64,000 bases of DNA, taken from contig CAXXWC010000021.1 in the NCBI GenBank assembly GCA_963668645.2, positions 704,001 through 768,000 of the forward strand, read 5' to 3'. Positions 21,256 to 31,690 of the stretch are shown here, piece by piece; positions within the stretch are counted from its first letter, which is position 1, and each line of letters starts with the position of its first letter. A program made the position numbers and the translations under genes. The notes beneath the pieces are model-generated. The model did no database searches, was not told where the DNA came from, and saw only the letters and a list, made by a program, of their open reading frames with translations. This DNA comes from Desulfobacterales bacterium (GTDB taxonomy: Bacteria > Desulfobacterota > Desulfobacteria > Desulfobacterales > UBA2174).

Positions 21256-21438
21256 CCAGTGAATCTCCCAACGGGTTTAGTTCGCTCCAGGATACAAAGT
21301 CGCCAATTTGCCGCCGGCACTCAGACGCATCGGGCACATCCTGAGCCCTTTTGCAGTTCGGCCACGCCCACACCGGCTTTGTCCCGGTTTTGCAGATATG
21401 CACCTGGAGGCCGGCCATGTCCAGGGCAAGATTTGCCG

Positions 21439-22947
21439 TCATACCATCGGCAAGAGGATCTCGAAAGTGGTGCCTGCTCCGGTCGCGCTCCGGCATCTGA
21501 GGACCCCACCGAGGGATGCGACGATGCTTTGCGATACCGAAAGGCCCAACCCGGTCCCTTTGCCTGGCGGTTTGGTGGTAAAAAAAGGATCGAAAATCCG
21601 GTTGAAATGCTCGGCCGCTATGCCGGTTCCCGTGTCGCTGAGCAAGAGGCGCATTCGGCCTTCTTCGGGCCGGATCTCGAAGTACAGTTGTCTGTCCCCG
21701 GTGGCAGCCATGGCGTCCAGCGCATTGGTCGTCAGGTTGAGCAGGACCTGCTGGAGGGCATTGACCTTGACCCTCAGCTGGGGACAGTCGGCGGCGATTT
21801 TGCGCTCCACGCGCACGTTTTCTTTTTCGATCCGATAGGCCAGCAGCCTCAGGACGCGTTCCATCGGTTCGCCGGCCGGCACCTCCGTAAAAGGCTCCTG
21901 TTCAGGCTGCCGGATATGCGAAAATGTCAGCATGTTCTGCACCAGATCGATGCAGCGCTTGACTTCACGAATTGCATCGCTCAACACGTTGTATCTGACG
22001 TCCGTCTGTTGGGTATGCTTCAGGCAATACTCGATGAACACCTGCAGGCCCATCATCGGATTGTTCAGTTCATGGGCCACGCCGCCGGCCATCATTCCCA
22101 GGGCCGTCATTTTCTCCGTCATTATCCGATTCTGCTCTTCTTGTTTAGCCGCCGTCAAATCCCGGGCGACAATCACGGCCCCGCCGGGCCGGGCGTCTTT
22201 AAGCTGCAGCGCCGAGGCAGATAATTGAACGGGGATGAAGCGGTTTTTTCGGGTGCGAAGCTGCACTTCCCGCTGATACAGGACGGGGCGGGAAGGGGCG
22301 GATGCAGATATCGCAATGGGCCGGCTGTTGATCACGTCCTTTTGTATCCAGTTGGCAAAAATCGCTTCTTCGAATAGATGGTCCAAGGGTGATCCTATGA
22401 CCTCCTGCTGCTCGTACCCCGACAGCGACAGCAAGGCGTCGTTGACCGTCCGCACGATTCCGTCATCGAAAACCACGATAACCGCGTCCACCATGGACAG
22501 GAGGATGTCCTCCAAATAGTTTTTGGCCTGTTCCAGGGCCACCTTGTCAAGCAGTTCACGCTTTTGCCGGTCCAGTTCGAGGAATACCTGGACTTTGGCC
22601 AGAAGAATTTCCGGTTTGTAGGGTTTGGTGATGAAGTCGACCCCACCGGCCTCGTAGCCTCTGAACAGATGATATTGATCGGAATATACAGCACTCAGAA
22701 AAATAATGGGCAAACGTCGTGTTTTTTCAACGCTCCTGAGAAATTCGGCCAACTCGTAGCCGTCCATGTCAGGCATTTGGACATCGAGAATGGCCAGGGC
22801 AAAGTCGTGCCTTAAGCTGGCCTTGAGGGCCTCATTGCCGCTATCGGCCTGTATGACCATGGCGCCGATATCCCGCAAGAGGCGTTCCAGGACGAGCAGG
22901 TTTTCGGGCCGGTCGTCGACGATCAGAATCTTTTGATTGAAATCCAC
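21439..22947 (-). CDS. REC-PAS-histidine kinase
   Basis: ILIVDD, LDVQMP; PAS; GGVAHELNNP; NLTTNALDA; FFTTKPPGKGTGLGL. Confidence 0.9.
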   Translation of the reverse strand: MDFNQKILIVDDRPENLLVLERLLRDIGAMVIQADSGNEALKASLRHDFALAILDVQMPDMDGYELAEFLRSVEKTRRLPIIFLSAVYSDQYHLFRGYEAGGVDFITKPYKPEILLAKVQVFLELDRQKRELLDKVALEQAKNYLEDILLSMVDAVIVVFDDGIVRTVNDALLSLSGYEQQEVIGSPLDHLFEEAIFANWIQKDVINSRPIAISASAPSRPVLYQREVQLRTRKNRFIPVQLSASALQLKDARPGGAVIVARDLTAAKQEEQNRIMTEKMTALGMMAGGVAHELNNPMMGLQVFIEYCLKHTQQTDVRYNVLSDAIREVKRCIDLVQNMLTFSHIRQPEQEPFTEVPAGEPMERVLRLLAYRIEKENVRVERKIAADCPQLRVKVNALQQVLLNLTTNALDAMAATGDRQLYFEIRPEEGRMRLLLSDTGTGIAAEHFNRIFDPFFTTKPPGKGTGLGLSVSQSIVASLGGVLRCRSATGAGTTFEILLPMV

Positions 22948-22954
22948 AGGGCTT

Positions 22955-23551
22955 TCACTCCATTTGTTTCAGATACGCACCTATCTCCTCGATTGTCATG
23001 ATCCGGTCGACGCACCCGCCGTCGATGGCGGCTTTGGGCATCACCGGACTTTCCGCGGTGGCCGGGTCCTGTGCGATGGTCAGTCCACCCCGCTTTTTTA
23101 TCCGGCCGAGCCCCTCGGTACCGTCGCTGTTGGCTCCGGTCAGGATGATGCCGATGAGACGGGAGCCCCAGGTGCGGGCCGCACTGTCGAAGAAAACGTC
23201 AATGGAAGGTCGTGCATAATTTACCTTTGGATCCACGGACAAGGAAAGCGTCTCGTCCCTTTCGACCAGAAGGTGATAGTTGGCCGGTGCGATATAGATA
23301 TGCCCCGTGCAAAGCAGGGTCTTCTCTTCGGCCTCGACCACGGGCAGCTCGCAGAGTCGGTTGAGGTACTCGGGCAGATATCCGCAGTCGGTTGGGTGCA
23401 GATGCTGGACAACGGCAACGATCAGTGGAAAAGTGCCGGGAAGCACTCGGAACAGGTTCCCCAAGGCCGCCATCCCGCCGGCGGATACACCGATCGCTAC
23501 AGCGCGGAAACCCGCACCGGGATTTTCATTGCTTTGCGACAAAGCGCGCAT
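22955..23551 (-). CDS. cheB: CheB-type methylesterase, stand-alone (no REC)
   Basis: IGVSAGG (Ser), VQH (His), LTGANSDG (Asp), RPSIDV. Confidence 0.9.
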   Translation of the reverse strand: MRALSQSNENPGAGFRAVAIGVSAGGMAALGNLFRVLPGTFPLIVAVVQHLHPTDCGYLPEYLNRLCELPVVEAEEKTLLCTGHIYIAPANYHLLVERDETLSLSVDPKVNYARPSIDVFFDSAARTWGSRLIGIILTGANSDGTEGLGRIKKRGGLTIAQDPATAESPVMPKAAIDGGCVDRIMTIEEIGAYLKQME

Positions 23552-23555
23552 CGCG

Positions 23556-24377
23556 CTAAACCCTTTTGTAAATCTTGGACTTTTCATCCACCGCGATGAA
23601 ATCGTCCTTGACGGAAGAAAACTGAATCGTCTCCTTGGTTCCCAGGCAAAGGAACCCTCCCCTTACCAGAGAATCGCGAAACAGCTTCAGCACCCGATCC
23701 TGCAAATGCCGGTTGAAATAGATAAGCACGTTGCGGCACAAGATCAGATGCGCCTCGGTAAACACGCCGTCGGTCACCAGGTTGTGGTTGGCGAAGGTGA
23801 TTTGCCTTTTCAAGGCATTGTCCAGAGCGACGGCGCCGTAGACCGCATGATAGTATTCGGAAAATGACCGTTTGCCGCCGAAGGCCTGGTAATTGCGGGT
23901 GTACTGCTGGATCTGCTCCAGATCGAAGATGCCTTCCTTGGCCTTGTGCAAAACATGGTCGTTGAAGTCGGTCGCGTAAATCGTGGCCTTGTTGAAAAGT
24001 TCTTCTTCAGAAAGCAGGATGGCCAGGGAGTAAGCCTCTTCCCCGCTGGCGCAACCGGCGTGCCAGATCCGCACAGAGGGATAGGTCTTGAGCACGGCCA
24101 CCACATTCTCTCTCAAGCTGCGATACATGGGCGGGTCGCGAAACATCTCGGTGACCGGAATGGAAAACTGGATAAGAAATTCTCTGAAAAAATCTTCGTC
24201 GTAAAGAATCTTGGCAATCAGCTGGGAGATGCGCTGGCACCCGGCCTGGGGCAGAAACTGGCGAATCCTTCGGCTTACCGACGCCCGGGCGTAATTCTGG
24301 AAGTCGTGCCCGTAGCGGCGGAATACAGCCGACAACAACAGATCGATCTCGATGGATTCGATGTCGTCAGGCTTCAT
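23556..24377 (-). CDS. cheR: CheR-type protein-glutamate O-methyltransferase
   Basis: VTEMFRD, RIWHAGCASGEEAYS, YATD, CRNVLIYF, LGTKE. Confidence 0.93.
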   Translation of the reverse strand: MKPDDIESIEIDLLLSAVFRRYGHDFQNYARASVSRRIRQFLPQAGCQRISQLIAKILYDEDFFREFLIQFSIPVTEMFRDPPMYRSLRENVVAVLKTYPSVRIWHAGCASGEEAYSLAILLSEEELFNKATIYATDFNDHVLHKAKEGIFDLEQIQQYTRNYQAFGGKRSFSEYYHAVYGAVALDNALKRQITFANHNLVTDGVFTEAHLILCRNVLIYFNRHLQDRVLKLFRDSLVRGGFLCLGTKETIQFSSVKDDFIAVDEKSKIYKRV

Positions 24378-26169
24378 CGAGTCTCCTTTCCAGGGCTTCG
24401 GCCTTTTCCTCGAGTTCCTCATTGGCGGCCTGAAGCTCTTCTTGCTGCATCTTGAGCCGCTCTTCCGAGGTTTTCAAGGCCCGCCGCTGCTCCTCCAGCT
24501 CCTCGTTGAGGGTTCTCAGTTCCTCCTGCTGGACCTGCAGCTCTTCGGTGGCCGCCTGGGAACGCTCGAGGGCCCGGGAAAGTGCTTGCCTGCCCTGGGT
24601 TGTCACCAGGGCGGCCGCCACGGCCGGAGCCGCCGAGGAAAGGTATTCCAATTCCAGATCGGTCTCCGTCGCCAGGGTTCCCAGTTCCACCACCCCGCGC
24701 ACCTGTTCTTCATAGACGAACGGGACGATGAGGATATTCACGGGAGCGGTGTCGCCCAGCCCGGACGAAACGTCCAGGTATCCTTCGGGAACATGGCGCA
24801 CCACAATGGGCGTCCTGTCCTTGAACACCTGTCCCGTGAGCCCTTCTCCACGTTCAAAGGAGACTGCATCGTTTCTTTGAAGGGCGTAACCGGCCGCAAG
24901 ACGCAGCAGATCCTTTCCGTCTTGCTGGATCGCCAGATAAAGAGCCCCCACCTCAGCGCCGATATAGGTCGCCATTTCCGAGAGCACCGCTTTGCTCACC
25001 TCTTCCACGGCCTGTTTGCCCCGAATGATGTCGTTGATCCGGGCAATACCGCTCTTGATCCAGTTGCTCCGGTCACGGGCCACCGAACCTTCCTGAACGC
25101 TACGGGACATGGCGTTGAACGCCGCTGCCACCTCTCCCATTTCGTCCCTGGACGTAATTGAAACCACATGTCCCAATTGACCGCTTTCGATCTGCTGGGC
25201 TGCTTGCTGCAGGCGCTGCAGCGGAAACGTGAGGCGAAAAAGGAAATAGACCGACACACCGAGAACCGAAACGGCGATGAACAGCAGCAGAAAACCGAGT
25301 TTGCGCTTCATGACATGGACAGGTGCCAGGGCCTGGGCAGCGCCCTGTTCGAAGATGAAAACCCATCCCAGAAAATCACTTTTCGAACCGGTGGCCAGCA
25401 ATTCGATGCCCGTCTCGTCGACCCGCGTTTGCAGTGCTTCATCAACCCCTTGAGCGTCTTCCATCAAACGACGAAAAAGAGAGTTGCCCGAGTGATTTTC
25501 CCCGGCCATCACCCTGCTCCAATCCGGATGGCCGATCAATCTTCCATGGTGATCGAGCACGAAGAGGATCCCGGAGCCCCCCATCTTCCTTGCGGTGATG
25601 GCCGCCAGCAGATTGCGGATCGGCAGATCAGCCTCGAGCACACCGGCGACGGTTTGGGCCTTGGGTGTATATAAGGGGATGAAAATGGGAAGCCTCTGCA
25701 TGCCGGCAGAATCGGCCTGCACTTCCCCCAGGCAGACCTTGCCTCCCATCGCCCTGATGAACAGCGGGTCGTTCCGCCGGCTGCGCGGCTTTTCTTCTGC
25801 CCAAATCTTCTCGCGGTCGGCATGGGTCGTCTCGTTTCCCTGCCCATCCATGATGGAATAGGCATGGACTTCCGGAACGCATTGGCGCAAAAAATGCAAC
25901 AGTCTCATCCGGTTGAGGGCACTGCGCGGATCCAGCTCCGTGGTGTTCACCACGATCTGGATCTTCTCGATGCTGCCGTGCACCAGTGCTGCGGCGGTCT
26001 GAACCGCATATTCGCCAACCGCATGGGCATGCTTTCCGATTTCGGCTCTCAGGTTGAGATCCGTCTCTGCGATCGTGTTGATCCCGAAGATGACCAAGGG
26101 GCCAAGGGAGATCAGCATCACGAACACGGGAATCTTGACACTCAGTCTTTGCCACCAACGCACGGACAC
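24367..26169 (-). CDS. Membrane sensor: Cache-HAMP-GAF-Glu/Gln-rich coiled coil, no kinase domain
   Basis: Two TM segments, HAMP (RDEMGEVAAAFNAM), GAF (GEGLTGQV), QQEELRTLNEELEEQ repeats, then stop overlapping the cheR start. Confidence 0.8.
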   Translation of the reverse strand: MSVRWWQRLSVKIPVFVMLISLGPLVIFGINTIAETDLNLRAEIGKHAHAVGEYAVQTAAALVHGSIEKIQIVVNTTELDPRSALNRMRLLHFLRQCVPEVHAYSIMDGQGNETTHADREKIWAEEKPRSRRNDPLFIRAMGGKVCLGEVQADSAGMQRLPIFIPLYTPKAQTVAGVLEADLPIRNLLAAITARKMGGSGILFVLDHHGRLIGHPDWSRVMAGENHSGNSLFRRLMEDAQGVDEALQTRVDETGIELLATGSKSDFLGWVFIFEQGAAQALAPVHVMKRKLGFLLLFIAVSVLGVSVYFLFRLTFPLQRLQQAAQQIESGQLGHVVSITSRDEMGEVAAAFNAMSRSVQEGSVARDRSNWIKSGIARINDIIRGKQAVEEVSKAVLSEMATYIGAEVGALYLAIQQDGKDLLRLAAGYALQRNDAVSFERGEGLTGQVFKDRTPIVVRHVPEGYLDVSSGLGDTAPVNILIVPFVYEEQVRGVVELGTLATETDLELEYLSSAAPAVAAALVTTQGRQALSRALERSQAATEELQVQQEELRTLNEELEEQRRALKTSEERLKMQQEELQAANEELEEKAEALERRLDEA

Positions 26170-26240
26170 ACCTTCCTTTACCGTACTTTTTCCTTTTGGA
26201 CGTTCATCCCGTTACCCCTGTGCTGATGAAAGCGACCCTT

Positions 26241-29200
26241 TCACCGATAGAGCCAGACCCGCATCATGGATAGCAGGCGTTTGAGGTCCACCGGTTTGAC
26301 CAGGTAGTCGTTGGCCCCGGCCTCTATACACCGCTCTCGGTCTCCGGTCATGGCCTTGGCTGTCAAGGCGATGATGGGAAGGTTGCGAAATCTTTTCTGG
26401 GACCGGATCTTGTGCATGGCCTCGTACCCGTCCATCACAGGCATCATGATATCCATCAGCACGAGGTCCACTTCCGCCCGGCTCTCCAGCACATCCAGCG
26501 CCTGTTTGCCGTCCGCTGCCTTGAGCACCTTCAGGCCCCGTTCCTCCAAAAGACGGGACAGGGCGAAAACGTTGCGCATATCATCGTCGACCATCAGCAC
26601 GGTTTTGGATTGAAACATGGCATCGGTATCGTGCAGGTCGATAATTATTTTGCGTTGCTTTTCAGGCATGCCGCCCACCACCCGATGCAAAAAGAGGGAC
26701 ACCTCGTCCAGAAGGCGCTGATCCGATTTTACCCCTTTGATGATGATCGATTCTGCGTATTGCCGGAGCGTTATCTCCTCATCCGGCGTCAGATCCCTGC
26801 CGGTGTAAACGATCACCGGGGGGATGGGCGCGTTTTCCGTTGCCCCCAAAGTCTTCAAAAGATCGAAGCCGGTCATGTCCGGAAGGCCCAGATCGAGAAT
26901 GATGCAGTCGTATTTGTTGGCCTGCATCGCCTGGATGGTCTCCGCGGCGGTGGCGGCCTCGTCGGTTTGCACGTCCCTGCCGCCGATGAGGTTGATCACG
27001 CCGCGCCGCAGCATCTTGTCATCCTCCACCACCAGGACTTTTTTCATCTTCCGGCTCAGCACGTCTTCGAACCGGGCAAAAACCAAGTCCAGCTCCTCCT
27101 GCTGGGCCGGCTTTTTAAGGAAGCCCACCGCACCCTTGATCATGGCCTCCATGTCCGGATCGTCCACCGACATGATGTGAACCGGAATGTGGCGCAGGTC
27201 CGGGTTGCCCTTCAGCGCCTCGAGGACATCCCACCCGTCAATGCCCGGAAGGCGGATATCCAAAATCACCGCCTGGGGCAGATGGGCCGCGGCGAGGGAA
27301 AGCCCCTCCTCGCCGGTGGCCGAGGCCAGGCACTTGAAACCCCGCTCGCGGCACTGTCGAACCAGAAGCATTGCAAAACGGGGATCATCCTCGATCACCA
27401 GGATGACCCTGTCTCCGGGCCGCAGGGATTCAAGGTCGTCCGAGACCTGCTTACGGTAGGAGGCCGGCGAGCGAGACGACCTCGATGAAGCGTCACGCGG
27501 TGGCTTTGAATCTTCTGCCGGCCGGCTGGCCTCGCGGTTTTGCCCTCGCGGCCAAGGGGCCGGCCGCTCCTGGTCCGGCCCTGGCGCGCCGGCTTTCAGC
27601 GGCAGGCAAAGGGTAAAAGTACTCCCCTCACCGTATCTGCTCTCCAGGCAAATCCCGCCCCCCATAAGGTGGGCCAGTTCCCTGGAGATGGAAAGCCCGA
27701 GCCCCGTGCCGCCGTATCGCCTGGCCGTGGTGCCGTCGGCCTGCTGGAAGGCTTCGAAAATGATCTTTTGTTTCTCCTCGGGGATCCCGATGCCGGTGTC
27801 CTGAACCGAAATCGCCAGGACTTCGGCGCCCTGAAGTCCGATCCGCGAAAGACACCCCTCCGGTGCCTGCTCGCCGAAGCGAACCCGGATCTGCCCGGAT
27901 GATGTAAACTTGACGGCATTGCCGATCAGGTTTCCCAGGATCTGTTCGACGCGTTTTTGATCGGTGGTGATCTTGTCCGGGAGGTCCTGTTCGATGTCGA
28001 TCTCGAATTCCAGCGCTTTGTCCTTGACCATGTGTTGGAATCGTTGCTGCAGCCTGTCGGCAAGATCATGCAAAAAAACCGGCTCAAGGTGCAGGTTCAT
28101 CTTACCGGCCTCGATCTTAGACAGGTCCAGGATTTCGTTGATCAGGGAAAGCAGCTGGTTGCCGCCATCGTAGATCACCCGGGCCGATTCGAGCTGTTCC
28201 TCGGTCAGTGTGCCTTCCCGGTTGTCGACCAGGGACCGGGCCAGCAGCAGCAGGCTGTTGAGTGGGGTGCGCAGCTCATGGGACATGTTGGCCAAAAACT
28301 CGGATTTGTACTTGCTGGCCAAGGCCAGATCCTGGGCTCGCTCTTCCACCTCGGTCCGGGCTCGCTCCAATTCACGGTTGGCCCTTTCGACTTCGTGTTT
28401 CTGGCGCTCCAAGGCCTGCGTCTTTTCCTCGAGTTCTTCGTTGGTGGCGCGCAACTCCTCCTGCTGATTTTTCAGCCGCTCTTCGGACTCCTTCAGGGCC
28501 TGGGTCTGCTCCTCGAGTTCCTCGTTGGCCGCCTTGAGTTCCTCCTGCTGGCTCTGGAGTTCTTCGGCCTGGCGCTGGGTGGTTTTAAGGGCTTTTTGAA
28601 CCTGCTGAGCCGCGGTGGCGGCATGAAGGGCGATGGCGATCCGCTGTGCGCCTTCTTCCATGAAGGTCCGCTGATCCTCTGAAAACGCATCGAAGGCGCC
28701 GATCTCGATCACCCCGAGAACGGCATCGTTGTAAACCAGGGGCGTAATCAGGATACAGGAGGGCGGCATTTCTCCGAGACCGGATGAAACCGCGATGTAG
28801 TCCTGCGGGACGTGAGTGATGAGAATGGACTGCTTTTCCAGGGCAACCTGCCCCACGAGCCCTTCACCCAACTGGAAAACGTTGGAAAGGCCCTTTCTCG
28901 TCTTGTAGGCGTAAGTCGCCCTGAGCCGCAAGAACCCCTTGCCGTCGCTGATATACATGGCCCCCACCTGGGCCCCCAGGCGTTGAGCCACGAAAGCGAC
29001 GACATCCGAACTGAGGCTGTCCACATCCTGAACACCCCGCATGCGGTCATCCAGGTCTGCCTGCCCGGCCTTTAGCCAGTTGCGCCGCTCTTGTTCCTCG
29101 TGGGCCGCCAGGAGCGACTTGACCGCCTCTTTCATCCCGTCCCTGAGCACGCCGACCTCATTGGCCGGGGCCTCAATATCCACTAGGGCGAGATCCCCGG

Positions 29201-30371
29201 CGGCGATCCGCCGTGACCAGTCAGTCAGATTGCGAATCGGCCGCACGATGTAGCCGGCGCCCAGCAAAGATAGAACAAAGGCCACCCCTACCGCCCCAAA
29301 GGTCAGGCCGGCCATGATCAGCGCCAGGTCGTTGGCTGGTTTGAGGGCCTCGGCCGCATCAATTTCTGAGATCATGGCCCAATGAAGGTCCTTGAATTCC
29401 AGAGGCGTCCAGGCCGAGAGCACTTCCACGTCCCGATAGTCCCGGATGACACCGATCCCGTGCCGGCCTTCCAGGGCTTCGCGTACGGCATGGGTGTCGA
29501 CGCCGTTGCTGTCAATCGTCCCGAGCAGCGAGGCTTTGATGTTTCTGGAAGCCGGGTCGTTTATAGAATCGGTCCGCAGGCGCCGGTCCGATCCCACCAC
29601 GTAGGTTTCACCGGATTCACCCAGGCCGTCCCGCATTCCCAGCCGCTTGCTCAGATAGCCCAGGGGAAGCTTGAGCACGAGGTATCCGAGGAGCGCATCC
29701 TCTTCGAAAATGGATGCGCCCATGAACATGGCCGGTTCACCGTGAAAGATGGCGGCATCCACCACTCTCACGTCCCCTTTGCCCGCTGTGGTCAAATCCC
29801 GGTAGAGACGGGCCAGGTTGGTGTCCAGATAGGATTCCGAATGAAGGTCGGCGCCGAAATCATCCCCTTTGCGAAACGTGTAAACGAGGTTCCCATCCTT
29901 GTCGATCAGCAGGATATCGTCGTAACCCTGTATCCTTATGTATGCTTTAAAAAATTGGTGCTCCTCGGCATGCACAACGCTGTAGCTGCTGCCATCGCCG
30001 GCGTCCAGCAGCTTCGGTTTTCCGGCATAAAGGGACTTGAGCCGTTCGGCCCCCAGGTATTTGAAGGCGGCGGCCATGTCCACCATGTCGCTCTTCAAGC
30101 TATTCATCCCGGTGAGAAAATCGATATCGGCCATCCAGCGCATCGTCGTGCTTTCAAAAATCATCTCCTTGACGCCCCGGTCGGCGGAAAGCTGCTGCAT
30201 GGCGTCGCGGATCAATGCGCTGCGGCCCCGCCAATAGGAAACGGCCCCCACCAGGACCATGGGCAAAATGGCCAGCAGTAAAAACCAGGCGAGCAGGGTG
30301 CCACGCATCCCACGGAAAAAACCGCTATTGGGCCCTTGTTCATTCAGGACCGGCGATTCGGTTGGCTTCAT
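26241..30371 (-). CDS. Large hybrid histidine kinase (Cache-HAMP-GAF-coiled coil-HisKA-HATPase-3xREC)
   Basis: [25 protein letters not shown]; three REC domains (DIRLP, DLGLP, DIMMP). Confidence 0.94.
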   Translation of the reverse strand: MKPTESPVLNEQGPNSGFFRGMRGTLLAWFLLLAILPMVLVGAVSYWRGRSALIRDAMQQLSADRGVKEMIFESTTMRWMADIDFLTGMNSLKSDMVDMAAAFKYLGAERLKSLYAGKPKLLDAGDGSSYSVVHAEEHQFFKAYIRIQGYDDILLIDKDGNLVYTFRKGDDFGADLHSESYLDTNLARLYRDLTTAGKGDVRVVDAAIFHGEPAMFMGASIFEEDALLGYLVLKLPLGYLSKRLGMRDGLGESGETYVVGSDRRLRTDSINDPASRNIKASLLGTIDSNGVDTHAVREALEGRHGIGVIRDYRDVEVLSAWTPLEFKDLHWAMISEIDAAEALKPANDLALIMAGLTFGAVGVAFVLSLLGAGYIVRPIRNLTDWSRRIAAGDLALVDIEAPANEVGVLRDGMKEAVKSLLAAHEEQERRNWLKAGQADLDDRMRGVQDVDSLSSDVVAFVAQRLGAQVGAMYISDGKGFLRLRATYAYKTRKGLSNVFQLGEGLVGQVALEKQSILITHVPQDYIAVSSGLGEMPPSCILITPLVYNDAVLGVIEIGAFDAFSEDQRTFMEEGAQRIAIALHAATAAQQVQKALKTTQRQAEELQSQQEELKAANEELEEQTQALKESEERLKNQQEELRATNEELEEKTQALERQKHEVERANRELERARTEVEERAQDLALASKYKSEFLANMSHELRTPLNSLLLLARSLVDNREGTLTEEQLESARVIYDGGNQLLSLINEILDLSKIEAGKMNLHLEPVFLHDLADRLQQRFQHMVKDKALEFEIDIEQDLPDKITTDQKRVEQILGNLIGNAVKFTSSGQIRVRFGEQAPEGCLSRIGLQGAEVLAISVQDTGIGIPEEKQKIIFEAFQQADGTTARRYGGTGLGLSISRELAHLMGGGICLESRYGEGSTFTLCLPLKAGAPGPDQERPAPWPRGQNREASRPAEDSKPPRDASSRSSRSPASYRKQVSDDLESLRPGDRVILVIEDDPRFAMLLVRQCRERGFKCLASATGEEGLSLAAAHLPQAVILDIRLPGIDGWDVLEALKGNPDLRHIPVHIMSVDDPDMEAMIKGAVGFLKKPAQQEELDLVFARFEDVLSRKMKKVLVVEDDKMLRRGVINLIGGRDVQTDEAATAAETIQAMQANKYDCIILDLGLPDMTGFDLLKTLGATENAPIPPVIVYTGRDLTPDEEITLRQYAESIIIKGVKSDQRLLDEVSLFLHRVVGGMPEKQRKIIIDLHDTDAMFQSKTVLMVDDDMRNVFALSRLLEERGLKVLKAADGKQALDVLESRAEVDLVLMDIMMPVMDGYEAMHKIRSQKRFRNLPIIALTAKAMTGDRERCIEAGANDYLVKPVDLKRLLSMMRVWLYR

Positions 30372-30451
30372 CGGGCCTGCACCTCCAGATCTGCTTCAAG
30401 GTTTTCAGTGCGCTTAAAAGGTCGACCGTACAGATCAACCGTTGCAGGAAT

Positions 30452-31639
30452 TTAAAAGGCCGACTGCCATTTGCCGTCCTTGACCTTCAGGACATGGACC
30501 GTGCGGATCCCGTCGCCCTTCTGGTCGAATGCCATCATACCGGCCGTACCCCGCCAGACCCCCATCTCGGTAAGCCCTCTTCGAATCGCGTCGCGCTCAT
30601 CGGCAAGACGGGCCGGATCGCCGGTGACATTTTTCTTTTTCATGATGTCGGCCAGAAAATTAAGAATGTCGTACACCACCACGTCGTACTGTTCGGACTG
30701 GCAGTTCATATCCGAATAGCGCTTGGCGCAACGCTTCTCGAAGCTGTCGACATAACGCCGCACTTTGGGGCTCGTATCTTCCCGATTGAAAAGACTCACG
30801 GACCAGACATCCTCGGCTGCGGCACCGGCAATCTCCAAGACCATAGGGTTGGCGACCGCGCTGGCCCCCAGAATGGGCTGACTGAGGCCTTGGCGCCGGA
30901 TTTCCCGAATGAGACGGCCGGCCTCTTCCGGCCAGCCGGAGATGCAGATGCCGTCGGCCCCATAGCCGGCCGCGGTACTTACGATACCTGCGAAATCTTC
31001 CTGGCCCGTTTCGAAGGTGACCGGCGATTGCCGGTTGAGAATATCAACGTTCAACTCCCCGAATATGGGAGGCCAGACGGTTTCGGCCAGCGAGGCCCAA
31101 ATAGCGGCTTGCCGATCGTACAGGAAAACCACCGAGCGGATCCCGTGGGCCGAAACCCAGGCCTTTACCGAGGGGCCTTCCTTCTTGTCCGAGGTCACGG
31201 TCATACGAAAGGCAAAAGGCCACTTTTTCAAGTCGCTCAATCCCGGCTTGATGGACGCCGTGGCAACGGCCGCAATTTTGACCTCGTTGGTGACCGGAAA
31301 CAGGGCCTCGCAGGTTTTGGTAATCAGGGGACCGATGACCACGACAACCCCTTGTTGGGCCATCTGGCGGTACATGCGCAACGTCGTTTCCGGGTCGCCG
31401 GCCGTATCTTCGATCACGGCCTCCAGCTTTACCCCTGCGATGCCGCCCCGGCGATTGACAGCGTCGATGGCCATCTCCATGCCAACCACCTGCTTCTTGC
31501 CCCATTCCGGATTGGGACCGTTGATGGGAGCCAAAAGGCCCACCTTGACGGTTGCGTCAGCAAGCGCAGGCCACGCGACGATGATGCCGCAAAGGACAAG
31601 CGCCAGCAGCATCCCGCTTTCTTGGTGTCGTCGATTCAT
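30452..31639 (-). CDS. LivJ/branched-chain amino acid family periplasmic binding protein
   Basis: Signal peptide; VKVGLLAPING; AVNRRGGIAG; EDT; FAFR; FDQKGD. Confidence 0.85.
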   Translation of the reverse strand: MNRRHQESGMLLALVLCGIIVAWPALADATVKVGLLAPINGPNPEWGKKQVVGMEMAIDAVNRRGGIAGVKLEAVIEDTAGDPETTLRMYRQMAQQGVVVVIGPLITKTCEALFPVTNEVKIAAVATASIKPGLSDLKKWPFAFRMTVTSDKKEGPSVKAWVSAHGIRSVVFLYDRQAAIWASLAETVWPPIFGELNVDILNRQSPVTFETGQEDFAGIVSTAAGYGADGICISGWPEEAGRLIREIRRQGLSQPILGASAVANPMVLEIAGAAAEDVWSVSLFNREDTSPKVRRYVDSFEKRCAKRYSDMNCQSEQYDVVVYDILNFLADIMKKKNVTGDPARLADERDAIRRGLTEMGVWRGTAGMMAFDQKGDGIRTVHVLKVKDGKWQSAF

Positions 31640-31690
31640 GGTGCTGTTCCTCCTGGCTTTTGCGCCGATTGCGTCAACAACAGGCATCCG

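Noticed and set aside
22955..24377. Classical chemotaxis operon
   Set aside because: No cheA, cheW or MCP in the window, and CheB lacks a REC domain
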